DNA of 48,113 bases from an uncultured Candidatus Poseidoniales archaeon (lineage in GTDB: Archaea > Thermoplasmatota > Poseidoniia > Poseidoniales > Thalassarchaeaceae), in the NCBI GenBank assembly GCA_964343205.1, contig CAYFID010000002.1:1-48113 (forward strand), given 5' to 3'. The number at the start of each line of letters is the position of its first letter. The stretch's first letter is position 1. Made by a program: the position numbers and the translations under genes. Shown piece after piece: positions 33,817 through 42,474 of the stretch. The notes beneath the pieces were generated by a model that had not been told where the DNA came from, did no database searches, and worked only from the letters and a program-made list of their open reading frames with translations.

Positions 33817-35745
33817 GTGGCCGGCCCGGACAATGCGGTTCCAAGTAGATTCAAACGCAGCCAGGACCATCATGAGGCGTATCTCCGCCTGATTAGGTGG
33901 GAGTTGGACGACGAACAAGCAATGACAGAAGAGAGGTTGAAGAATTGGCCGGATAAGAGATTGCGGGCTAATGGAATCGCTCTTTTTGGACTGATTGCAA
34001 AGACAGACGGTTGGTTGTTCGGACAAAGGATTGTCAAGCTTCGCCAGAGTTCTGGTAGCGGTCTAGGTAGTCATAGATTCAGGCAAGGGGATATTGTGAT
34101 GCTAAGCAGGAGTAGCCCCCTAACAGAGAAGCCGATAGAGGGTATTGTCAGTAATCGAAGCAAGAGCTCGATCAGTATTGTTCTCCCTGAAGCTCCTAAG
34201 GGTCTCAGGAAGGGTACCTGGAGGATGGACAGGGGAGCAAACAGAATCGCATTCGATAGGATGAGGGATGCTCTAAATTCGGTTTTCGAAGAAGACGGTA
34301 GCGCCCCCCTCAGAGACTTGATTCTTGGATTGGTTCACGACCCTCAAGGAACAGCATCACTCGTTCCCGAAATGGGGGGTGTCAGGCAAGTTAGGGTATC
34401 CATGCCCAATGACATGAACGGAGCCCAGAGGTCCGCGGCTGAATCGGCCATTTCCAGCAGACTAACTCTAATCCAAGGACCTCCTGGAACTGGGAAAACC
34501 CATACTGCTGTAAGAATTCTGGAAGGTTGGACAAAACAGGACATTGGTACAGTATTGGCGGTTGCCGACTCGAACGTGGCAGTTGACAATCTGCTTGAAG
34601 GCCTGCTGGGAAGAAGCGTCAGGGCGGTTAGGTTGGGTCAGCCGGTAAAGGTTCGAGAGGGGCTCAGAGATGCCACGGTGGATGCGATGATGGAGAAGCA
34701 CCCTCTGAGAAAAGATCTGATAGAGAACATCGAGCTAAATGAAAAATTGGCTAGGAAGATCAGAGGAATGAGGGGTGGCAAGGAAAAGGGCCTTGCTCAT
34801 CGAGACTTGAAGAGAGGGTGGAAGGAGGTTCGTAGGATTGAAGGAGAGATTAGGGACGACATACTTGACAGGGCACAGGTTCTATGCTGTACCTGCATTG
34901 GTTCAGGACACGAGCTTTTAGATGGAAGAAAATTCCCCAGAGTCCTAATCGACGAAGCAACTCAGGCGACAGAGCCGGCTTCTCTGGTTCCTCTAGTAAG
35001 GGGTGCCAGGCAGATGGTAATGATTGGCGATCATAGACAACTACCCCCCACGGTGATTTCTAGGAGGGCGGAGCAAGGTGGGCTAGGAAGATCCCTGTTC
35101 GAGCGACTAGTAGACATGGGGATTGATCCTCATCTTCTCAACACCCAGTACAGAATGCACCCATCAATCTCAGAATTCCCGAACTATCAGTTCTACGAAG
35201 GGCTGCTAAAGGATGGAGTATCCCCGTCTGAAAGAGAGGCACCTCCGGGTTTACTTTGGCCCGATTGGGAAGCCCCCCTGTCGTTCCTTCCAGTGGATGG
35301 AGACGAGGTCCTTTCCCCAGATGGGGCCTCGAAGGAAAATCCCTCAGAGGCGGCATGGGTGGTGAAAATCTTATCCGATTTCGTTGAAGCTGGGAGCCTA
35401 GAGATACAGGATATTGGAATTGTTACTCCATACGCCGGTCAAGTTAGAGCAATTAGAGACATGATTCCAGAGTCAATGCAGAGCGTGGAGGTAAGGACAG
35501 TGGATGGATACCAGGGTCGTGAGAAGGATTTGATAATCTTCTCCTGCGTTAGGTCGAACAAAGATGGAAATGTTGGATTCCTTTCAGACCGCCGTAGGCT
35601 TAACGTAGCTCTTACCAGAGCCAGAAGGGGCTTAGTTGTCCTTGGAAACCCCGAGACTTTGAGGCATGACCAAAACTGGAGGTCCTGGCTTGAATATGTA
35701 CGCAGAAGAAAACTTGAGGCGTGGCATCTTCTAGGTATGGCATGA
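33817..35745 (+). CDS. Superfamily-1B helicase, Upf1/IGHMBP2 (DNA2/NAM7) family
   Basis: The full motif set is present: GPPGTGKTHT (I), LIDEATQATEP (II), GDHRQLPPTV (III), TQYRMHPSISEFPNYQFYEG, VTPYAGQV, VDGYQGREKDLIIFSCVRSN and GFLSDRRRLNVALTRARRGLVVLGN. The N-terminal beta-barrel-like region resembles that of IGHMBP2. The start is GTG and its exact position is uncertain. Confidence 0.88.
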   Translation: MAGPDNAVPSRFKRSQDHHEAYLRLIRWELDDEQAMTEERLKNWPDKRLRANGIALFGLIAKTDGWLFGQRIVKLRQSSGSGLGSHRFRQGDIVMLSRSSPLTEKPIEGIVSNRSKSSISIVLPEAPKGLRKGTWRMDRGANRIAFDRMRDALNSVFEEDGSAPLRDLILGLVHDPQGTASLVPEMGGVRQVRVSMPNDMNGAQRSAAESAISSRLTLIQGPPGTGKTHTAVRILEGWTKQDIGTVLAVADSNVAVDNLLEGLLGRSVRAVRLGQPVKVREGLRDATVDAMMEKHPLRKDLIENIELNEKLARKIRGMRGGKEKGLAHRDLKRGWKEVRRIEGEIRDDILDRAQVLCCTCIGSGHELLDGRKFPRVLIDEATQATEPASLVPLVRGARQMVMIGDHRQLPPTVISRRAEQGGLGRSLFERLVDMGIDPHLLNTQYRMHPSISEFPNYQFYEGLLKDGVSPSEREAPPGLLWPDWEAPLSFLPVDGDEVLSPDGASKENPSEAAWVVKILSDFVEAGSLEIQDIGIVTPYAGQVRAIRDMIPESMQSVEVRTVDGYQGREKDLIIFSCVRSNKDGNVGFLSDRRRLNVALTRARRGLVVLGNPETLRHDQNWRSWLEYVRRRKLEAWHLLGMA

Positions 35746-35748
35746 GGG

Positions 35749-36327
35749 TTGAAAATGAGTGACCATGACTCCCCGATCTCAGTGCATGGAGGGGGTACTC
35801 TCGCGAAGGCGATAGTGTCTCAAGGAAAGGACCACTGGTCGATTCCAGACGGTGCTATTCTAGCCTCTTGGACTAAGAGATTTGCAGCATTCGTGATAGA
35901 TGTGGTCATCGTGAACTCTATTCTTATGGTTGCTACAGATGAGATGGTTAGGAATGCCTGGAACTTATCTCTATGGATTTCAAAAGAGTTTCATTACGCA
36001 GCTGCTTTTACCGGAATAATTCTAGCAAGCCTGTGGCTATACTGGAGGATCACGGGGTTGGCTTTCTCCAGATCACTGGGTCAGAAAATGCTTGGGATTG
36101 CAATAGTCATGGAGGATGGATCTCCGGTCACTAGCGAGATGTGGGACCTGCGTTCTGCTAGAAAGCTGCTTTATCTAATCCCCATAGTTGGCATCTACAT
36201 TGGGGTCTACGAAGTGGCGAGGATTTCTCAGAGGCATACCCACCAGTCTAATCTTGATCTCAGAGTGGGGACGATTGTAGCCCTGGCGGACTCCCTGCCT
36301 CCAGCCAGCAGAAGTCACATTAGGTAG
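35749..36327 (+). CDS. RDD family membrane protein
   Basis: The opening ASWTKRFAAFVIDVVIV is typical of the RDD domain, and three hydrophobic helices follow. The likely ATG start is at 35755. Confidence 0.6.
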   Translation: MKMSDHDSPISVHGGGTLAKAIVSQGKDHWSIPDGAILASWTKRFAAFVIDVVIVNSILMVATDEMVRNAWNLSLWISKEFHYAAAFTGIILASLWLYWRITGLAFSRSLGQKMLGIAIVMEDGSPVTSEMWDLRSARKLLYLIPIVGIYIGVYEVARISQRHTHQSNLDLRVGTIVALADSLPPASRSHIR

Positions 36328-36335
36328 GTGGAAAA

Positions 36336-36938
36336 TTGGATGATGCCATAGAATGGGCTCTTTCGGGAAGAAGCATCGTTTATCCAACATCTACTCTTCC
36401 GGCGCTAGGGTGTATCCCCAAGTCTCAAGCCCTTGATGAATTGTATGAGATTAAGGGTAGATCCTTTGGATCTCCAGTTAGCTTAGGTGTTGCTGATCTC
36501 AATCAAGCCAGAGAGATAGTGCAGGTTCCCGAAGACGTAAATGACATCCTGATGGCCTTTCCAGAAGGCTCTCTAACCATTGTACTTAGCCCACACAAAG
36601 AGATGGATCCCCGGCTAGGAAACGATAAGGTAGCTGTAAGGGTTGTATCTCACCCTATTGCTAGGGCTCTGCTTCTCGAAACCGGACCGCTAACTGCTAC
36701 GAGTGCCAACCTTAGCGGCCATGAGCCAATGTTGGATTGCGTTGAGGCGGCAGATTCTGTTTCCACTTCTCAAAAACCTGTTTTGGCGATAGAGGGGCTT
36801 TGCCAGGGGGGGGCTCCCAGTACTTTGATAGCATGGCATACGGTCTGCAACACACCTGAGTCATTCGGCATAGAGGTAATCAGAGAGGGTAAAGTAAGCT
36901 CGGAGGCTGTTATCTCATGGTGGAAGAGCAGGATCTGA
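36336..36938 (+). CDS. tsaC: L-threonylcarbamoyladenylate synthase, short YrdC/TsaC-type with no Sua5 C-terminal domain
   Basis: YrdC-domain blocks are present: IVYPTSTLPALGC, KGRSFGSPVSLGV, LTIVL, GPLTATSANLSGH and PSTLI. The start is TTG and the product is 200 aa. Confidence 0.8.
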   Translation: MDDAIEWALSGRSIVYPTSTLPALGCIPKSQALDELYEIKGRSFGSPVSLGVADLNQAREIVQVPEDVNDILMAFPEGSLTIVLSPHKEMDPRLGNDKVAVRVVSHPIARALLLETGPLTATSANLSGHEPMLDCVEAADSVSTSQKPVLAIEGLCQGGAPSTLIAWHTVCNTPESFGIEVIREGKVSSEAVISWWKSRI

Positions 36939-37930
36939 AGCAATGGCGAGACGCCGGTCACGTTGCTAGACGAACTCTTGAGGGGATCAAGGGTGAAATA
37001 GTCACGGGAAAGCCATGGGCAGATGTAATTGAGTCGGCCGAGAGATTCATCAAAAGGCATGGTGGCCAAGCAGCCTTTCCAGTTACCATATCAGTCAACG
37101 AAATGGCTGCTCACTATACATCAAACACAGAGTTGTCCCCTCCAGAAGGTATGGAAGGTGAGATGGTTTTCCAGAAGGGGGATCTGGTCAAGCTGGACAT
37201 TGGGGTTCACATCAAAGGGGCCCTTGGTGACAATGCCCTGACTGTAGAGGTTGGTAATGGTGGTAAGCACACAGATCAGATCAAGGCGGCCAGAGAAGCT
37301 AGAGACGCGGCCATAGAGAAGATGCATCCGGGTACACCTTGGCACGTAGTCGGTGAGGCTGCCCAACAAGCGTCCGTTGATGCTGGTTTTGAGCCAATAA
37401 GAAATCTAAGTGGGCACAAGATGGAGAGGTGGAATCTCCACTCAGGTGTTTCTATACCCATGTACTCCTGCGGACCCGGCAATCCTAGTTACAAGGGTGA
37501 GGTGGAAGCTGGAGGAGTTTATGCAGTAGAGCCATTCAATACAACAGGAAAGACTGGATTGATTGAAAATGTTCCACCTACTGGCTCATCCAACATTCTG
37601 AGAGTAACAGGGAACGTGAAAATTAGGAAGGCTCTGTCCAAGGGAAAACTCAAGCCTCTAGGGGCAACTATGGCCAGATATATCGAAGAGAGGTACAGCA
37701 CACTTCCCTTTGCTGAGAGGTGGGCATACCCCCTGCTCTGCAAACCATTCCCAGAGGAGGACGAAGAGTCATTGAGGAGAAAATGGAAAGCTATGGTAAA
37801 AAAACTGACGTCCATTCGATTCCTAGAGGTATACAGCGCTCTCCGAGATGTGGATAGAGGGTTTGTTGGCCAGTTCGAGCATACGGCATATATTTCAGAA
37901 GGCGGACCAGAGGTCCTCACAGTGGAATAA
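36917..37930 (+). CDS. map: Methionine aminopeptidase, type 2 (archaeal/eukaryotic)
   Basis: Matching blocks include WRDAGHVARRTLEGIK, AFPVTISVNEMAAHYT, DLVKLDIGVHIKGALGDNALT, NLSGH and FEHTAYI. A ggagg lies 10 nt upstream of the ATG. The gene overlaps tsaC by 22 nt. Confidence 0.9.
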   Translation: MVEEQDLKQWRDAGHVARRTLEGIKGEIVTGKPWADVIESAERFIKRHGGQAAFPVTISVNEMAAHYTSNTELSPPEGMEGEMVFQKGDLVKLDIGVHIKGALGDNALTVEVGNGGKHTDQIKAAREARDAAIEKMHPGTPWHVVGEAAQQASVDAGFEPIRNLSGHKMERWNLHSGVSIPMYSCGPGNPSYKGEVEAGGVYAVEPFNTTGKTGLIENVPPTGSSNILRVTGNVKIRKALSKGKLKPLGATMARYIEERYSTLPFAERWAYPLLCKPFPEEDEESLRRKWKAMVKKLTSIRFLEVYSALRDVDRGFVGQFEHTAYISEGGPEVLTVE

Positions 37931-37991
37931 TTGGTAAAAAAGTTTCAAAATTGCCAATATTTTCGTCTATTTCTCACAACGATTAACTATT

Positions 37992-38010
37992 GTCGACCCG
38001 CTGGGTCGAC
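37992..38010. terminator. Perfect 8-bp inverted repeat (gtcgaccc-gct-gggtcgac) in a convergent intergenic region, possibly a bidirectional terminator or structured element
   Basis: The repeat is read directly at 37992-37999 and 38003-38010. It lies between the 3' ends of map (37930) and the EamA gene (38126), and T-rich runs follow the map stop. Confidence 0.25.
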
Positions 38011-38125
38011 CGTACAGGAAGAAAGGTTCTCGCTGAGTGCATCCCATCCCCTCGCAATTATCTCTCTCCTGTACACCTTCTGAATAGGCCGGCAGGCTTG
38101 CTGCAAATTGCCTAATCGGTTTTGT

Positions 38126-39055
38126 CTATACAGATTGTAGTTTTGATTCCAAACTATCTGCTCTACCAAACAGCGTCACGGCAATAATTGATGAGAAAAT
38201 CATTGCCATTCCAGCAATCTGCTGGGCTGAAGGTTCCTCTTCGAGAAGCAATACACCCCACAGGATTGTGAGCACTGGTTGAAGGAGTACTGCGAACGAT
38301 GTGTGTGCGGCTGGCAAGCGTGGAAGGGCGTAGGTTATCGCAATCCATCCTATTACCTGACAAGATACAGCAAGAGCAATCAACCACGCATGGCCCGGCA
38401 TACTGATTGAGAAATCTATTTTTTCGAATCCAATACTTGACAGTGGCATAATTCCAACAATTAGAAGCCCAGTAGTTGCACCTGCAGTCGCATCCATCTG
38501 TAGATTGACCGAGGGAGCCCGCACCCTGTTCGAATACCGATACACAATGAGGAATGATGAGTAGAAGATGGCGGCTACTATACCCCCGATTACACCCTTC
38601 ACCGGATCTGAACCGAATGGATTCTCGTCCCATATTCCCGAGATTAGCAAGAGTCCAAGCATTACCATTGGCAACGATAGGAGAATGTATCGGTTCGGGC
38701 GCTCCCCGAATAGAAGCCAGCTAGAAAGTGTTACAATGATGACTTGTGAGTTTCCTATCATTGTGGCAATTCCGCTACCGATGTAATCTATTGCGCTATG
38801 GTAGCCCATGAAATCGATAGCCAGTAGTAGGCCTGCAGAGAAAGCGAGCATCCTGTCTCGTGGGCCCCTGTTATCTTCACGCTTGAGGAACCAAACTAGA
38901 AGGGCCAGCAAAGGGAGCGCATATAGCATCCTGAAGAATGCCCCTGTAAGGGGAGCAGACTCTGATTGGATGTAAAGAAGAGGGGCGAAAGAGATCAAAG
39001 TAGCTCCGGCCAGAGCAATGAGCATGGTTCGTCGGTCGTCGGCTGTAGCCGACAT
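38126..39055 (-). CDS. EamA/DMT-superfamily transporter
   Basis: The 309-aa product has about 10 hydrophobic helices arranged as two similar halves, as is typical of EamA-domain proteins. Confidence 0.7.
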   Translation of the reverse strand: MSATADDRRTMLIALAGATLISFAPLLYIQSESAPLTGAFFRMLYALPLLALLVWFLKREDNRGPRDRMLAFSAGLLLAIDFMGYHSAIDYIGSGIATMIGNSQVIIVTLSSWLLFGERPNRYILLSLPMVMLGLLLISGIWDENPFGSDPVKGVIGGIVAAIFYSSFLIVYRYSNRVRAPSVNLQMDATAGATTGLLIVGIMPLSSIGFEKIDFSISMPGHAWLIALAVSCQVIGWIAITYALPRLPAAHTSFAVLLQPVLTILWGVLLLEEEPSAQQIAGMAMIFSSIIAVTLFGRADSLESKLQSV

Positions 39056-39064
39056 CGAATCACC

Positions 39065-39409
39065 TCACTCTGAAGGGTCGTTGGTAGAAATCATCTCTTG
39101 GAGCTCACCTGATTCGTACATTTCCAATGCAATGTCGGATCCGCCGATAAGCTCACCATTGATGAAAATCTGTGGTATAGTGGGAAAGTCTGACCACTCC
39201 TTGAGAGCTGGCCTAGCTCGGGGATCAGAGAGGACATTAACGCAAGCGAACGTGTCCATCCCGAGCTCCTTGGCTACAACACTGACTACTTGTGCGCCTC
39301 TGGCTGAGAATCCGCACTGGGGCTGATCTGGTGTTCCCTTCATAAAAATCACAATCTGGTTTTCGTCGACGACTTGTTGCAGCTCTTCTGGCGACCAATC
39401 AAAACTCAT
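39065..39409 (-). CDS. grxD: Monothiol glutaredoxin (Grx4 family, CGFS active site)
   Basis: Matching segments are IVIFMKGTPDQPQCGFSARGAQVV and WSDFPTIPQIFINGELIGGSDI. The ORF is open to 39448, but the ATG at 39409 (MSFDWSPEELQQ) gives the canonical length and sits 4 nt after the bolA stop. Confidence 0.88.
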   Translation of the reverse strand: MSFDWSPEELQQVVDENQIVIFMKGTPDQPQCGFSARGAQVVSVVAKELGMDTFACVNVLSDPRARPALKEWSDFPTIPQIFINGELIGGSDIALEMYESGELQEMISTNDPSE

Positions 39410-39413
39410 ACAA

Positions 39414-39737
39414 TCACTCCTTTTTCGGCCTGCGAATATGCACCCCAAAGAAGTCGTGCTCTTGACCGTGTGGGTCGAATGCTGTATTTCCGATTTCGTC
39501 GGCTTGTTTGGGGGTCATGCACTTCAAGTCTAGAGCGTGTACGGTGTTGGAAGAAATGTGAATCTTGAAGTGTTTCAATATTGGTTTCTGCCTTTGAAGT
39601 GGCCTCAATCCTTCATAGGTATCAGAAATAATCCGCACATGGAAGTGGTCGCCAGTTCCGTGCAAGTCTGAGACCTCGACTACCGCATCGGGGACTACCT
39701 TCAGTACCTCTTGCTCCATCCACTCGACACTGACCAT
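39414..39737 (-). CDS. bolA: BolA family protein
   Basis: Matching segments are VVEVSDLHGTGDHFHVRIISDTYEGLRPLQRQKPI and VHALDLKCMTPKQ. It lies immediately upstream of grxD. Confidence 0.8.
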   Translation of the reverse strand: MVSVEWMEQEVLKVVPDAVVEVSDLHGTGDHFHVRIISDTYEGLRPLQRQKPILKHFKIHISSNTVHALDLKCMTPKQADEIGNTAFDPHGQEHDFFGVHIRRPKKE

Positions 39738-39767
39738 GGAACGCGTGATTAACCCAACAATTTGAAA

Positions 39768-40448
39768 CTACGTTTCTAATGATTTAACGATTGATTCGAG
39801 GTTTTCCCCTATCGATCCACGGTTGTTGATCAGTCCTGAACCGACCACTGCAATGTCTACCCCCCAGTCGGCTACCATTGAGGCATTGTGATCCTTTACC
39901 CCACCGTCGATCATGAGCTTCGTTTCCCTACCCCCTCGATCAATCTGTGAGTCGATTGCCTCTCGGAAAGATCTGACCTTTTCCTCTACCTCTGGCATAA
40001 ACGACTGCCCGCCCTTTCCCGGGACTACTGACATGACCAGTACCAGGTCAAGATTGGGTAGGAGGTGCATTACCTCGTCCACAGGAGTGCTCGGGTTCAA
40101 AACGCAGCCAGCTAATACCCCGGAATCATGTAGGTTAGAAACCAGAGCTGGAAAGTTTTCTACGGCCTCTACGTGAGCGATCACCAAGTCGACTCCTGCT
40201 TCCACGTATTGGTCCCAGGTCTCCTCTGCATTTGTGATCATTAGATGACAATCGATGAAAACTGCTGGTCCAACCCTATCCCTAATTGATCTAATAAGAG
40301 CAGGCCCGAAAGTAATGGTTCTGTTTACTACCCAGTTTCCGTCCATCACGTCCATGTGAAGCCAGCCAATTCCCGCTTCAATGGCTTCATCTACGGTTTC
40401 ACCTATTCTGCAGAAGTCGGCAGTTAGGATGCTGGGAGTAACTTCCAC
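39768..40448 (-). CDS. rpe: Ribulose-phosphate 3-epimerase
   Basis: Matching segments are VTPSILTADFCRIGETV, WLHMDVMDGNWV, MSVVPGKGGQSF and IDGG. The product is 226 aa. Confidence 0.9.
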   Translation of the reverse strand: MEVTPSILTADFCRIGETVDEAIEAGIGWLHMDVMDGNWVVNRTITFGPALIRSIRDRVGPAVFIDCHLMITNAEETWDQYVEAGVDLVIAHVEAVENFPALVSNLHDSGVLAGCVLNPSTPVDEVMHLLPNLDLVLVMSVVPGKGGQSFMPEVEEKVRSFREAIDSQIDRGGRETKLMIDGGVKDHNASMVADWGVDIAVVGSGLINNRGSIGENLESIVKSLET

Positions 40449-40477
40449 GCTGTCCCCTCACCCCGTGTGAGGAGGTT

Positions 40478-40879
40478 TTGGTTCTCAATACATCGTACGT
40501 GAATGGCCTCCAAAAGCACATGTTGATAGGATGGAAACCAACCGCTTGGTTAGGTGTTACATTGGGCAAGGTAGTTGACGTAAGTGATTCAGACTTCGAT
40601 GTGGCTACAAAGAGTGACGAGTGGGTTCTAGTAGATTTCTGGGCCCCCTGGTGCGGTCCTTGCAGGATGGTGGGGCCGGTTTTATCCCAGATTGCAGAAG
40701 AAAGGGAAATCACGATTGCCAAGGTGAATACTGACGTAAATCCTATGACTTCTGGAAAATTCGGAATTCGTGGAATTCCAGCTCTCATTTTGTTCAAGGA
40801 TGGGGAGATAATCGATAGGATGACCGGTGCTATGCCCAAGCAGGGAATGGACTCATGGCTCGACCGGCACATGGCCTAG
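40478..40879 (+). CDS. trxA: Thioredoxin
   Basis: The WCGPC active site appears in VLVDFWAPWCGPCRMVGP, followed by KVNTDVNP..FGIRGIPALILFKDGE. The ORF starts at TTG; an ATG at 40520 is an equally plausible start. Confidence 0.9.
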   Translation: MVLNTSYVNGLQKHMLIGWKPTAWLGVTLGKVVDVSDSDFDVATKSDEWVLVDFWAPWCGPCRMVGPVLSQIAEEREITIAKVNTDVNPMTSGKFGIRGIPALILFKDGEIIDRMTGAMPKQGMDSWLDRHMA

Positions 40880-42456
40880 TTATCGGCAGCTTCTAGCTTC
40901 CTAGACCTCTCTTCCAGTGGGCTTCCAACCTCCCTCAGTAGACGAGACCTGAGTGCCTCGTGGAGCCACATCCCCCCATCTAGCTCAAGCATTAGTCCTC
41001 TGTCGATTAGCTCCTTCGGAGGGTTTCCATCGACCTCCGCTGCCCTAGCCAGAGAATCCCATGGAACTGGCCTATCAGAGACAGCAAGAATGGACAAAAT
41101 CTCCCTGTGATCTTCGGGGAGAACATTCAGGATCTCCTCGTCCAAGAAGCGAAGCCAGTCCTCATGCAATGTCTGACCGTACATCTCCAATAATTCCACA
41201 GCGAGAGGATGTCCTCCGGTAACCCGGTGGATTTGTTCCGCTGGTGCTTCTTCTGAGATATCAATCAACTCGAGCCAAGCTGACACTTCTTCTAGAGAGA
41301 GGCCAGAAAGAGCAAGTTCCTTGACCCGGTTTCGAGTATGTACATCTCTTCGATCATAGAATGCTAAATTAGTCCTGGAGATCATAATTAGTCTCAAATT
41401 AGTGGACTCTGCAATCTGTAAAAGGGCCCCAAAGAAGTGATCTCCGGTGCTTCCGATATTGTGGACATCGTCCAGAATTATCACAACTTCTGAAGATTTT
41501 TTATCTTCTGCATGCAGATGAGAGTTCTCATCTAATAAGTGAGCAATTAGCCTCCTTCTGAACGAGTCTATTTCCAGCCTAGCCGCGGGTTTGTATGGAA
41601 GCGTTTTCAGAACGTTGTAGGGGTCATTAGATTCATCTACAATCCCTACCCTATGAAGAATGCTGGTTGCTATCCCCAACGGTGAGTCCCATGGCTGGCA
41701 AGGGTAGTACATCGCATTCAGCTCGGAGTCAGAGGCCATCAATTCAGAAATCCAGTGAGAAACTAAAGTTGTCTTTCCGCATCCAGCAATACCGGAGAGC
41801 GCCAGCATGGGTCTTCCAGATTTGTACCAATCCTCCAGAACCCGCTTCTCTTCCTTTCTACCATGTACGGTTCGTGTAACGGGTGGTCTAGTATGGTAGG
41901 TGGAGTGGGCCCCAGCTAGGATTGACAGAGATCCCGGTGGCGGGTTCTGGTCGTCTTTGCTGACTAGTGCTCCAAATCGAATATCTCCGAAATTGAGGAC
42001 CCCCTCGTGCTGAGAGTGCATTAGGATTTGAAGGAGGCTGAGGCCGGCTCGAAGCCTCTGAGCTGCCCGATCCGCCCGAATTTCCAATAATTCTCCCTCT
42101 TTGGACCTGATTAGGACCATTTTAGATCTCAACTCAGAAATTCTGTCTCTAGCTGCATCTCTTCCATCTTCTGTCAGCTGCCATGTCTTTTGGCGCCTAT
42201 TTTCTCCTCTGACAGTCCTGCTGTGCTGAGAAATCAATCCCTGAGATGTGAGATTCCTCATTGCCCTAGATACGTTTGGCGGATGCAGTGCACATGATTC
42301 TGCTATTCCTGATCTGGTGACATCCTGGGTTACGATGTAGTGATCGGCCTGATGATCCTGTTCCCAAAGATGCAGTAGAATTCTGTCTGCGACGGGAACG
42401 TTGTGCCCTGACTCGCTCCGTGCCATGTTATTCACGGCGACGGAGGTTAGCATCAA
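40876..42456 (-). CDS. STAND/NB-ARC-like P-loop NTPase with an N-terminal winged-helix DNA-binding domain
   Basis: The N-terminal MarR-like wHTH is SGIAESCALHPPNVSRAMRNLTSQGLI. Walker A is LSGIAGCGKTTL and Walker B is VVIILDDVH. An RNBS-B-like RLIMISRTN and a GLPL-like VTGGHPLAVELL follow, then a helical/winged-helix C-terminus. Confidence 0.7.
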   Translation of the reverse strand: MMLTSVAVNNMARSESGHNVPVADRILLHLWEQDHQADHYIVTQDVTRSGIAESCALHPPNVSRAMRNLTSQGLISQHSRTVRGENRRQKTWQLTEDGRDAARDRISELRSKMVLIRSKEGELLEIRADRAAQRLRAGLSLLQILMHSQHEGVLNFGDIRFGALVSKDDQNPPPGSLSILAGAHSTYHTRPPVTRTVHGRKEEKRVLEDWYKSGRPMLALSGIAGCGKTTLVSHWISELMASDSELNAMYYPCQPWDSPLGIATSILHRVGIVDESNDPYNVLKTLPYKPAARLEIDSFRRRLIAHLLDENSHLHAEDKKSSEVVIILDDVHNIGSTGDHFFGALLQIAESTNLRLIMISRTNLAFYDRRDVHTRNRVKELALSGLSLEEVSAWLELIDISEEAPAEQIHRVTGGHPLAVELLEMYGQTLHEDWLRFLDEEILNVLPEDHREILSILAVSDRPVPWDSLARAAEVDGNPPKELIDRGLMLELDGGMWLHEALRSRLLREVGSPLEERSRKLEAADN

Positions 42457-42474
42457 GCGTTCGGGACCTAGTAT

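Noticed and set aside
40399-40872. 157-aa minus-strand ORF overlapping trxA
   Set aside because: It is antisense to a canonical WCGPC thioredoxin and its product has no recognisable features.
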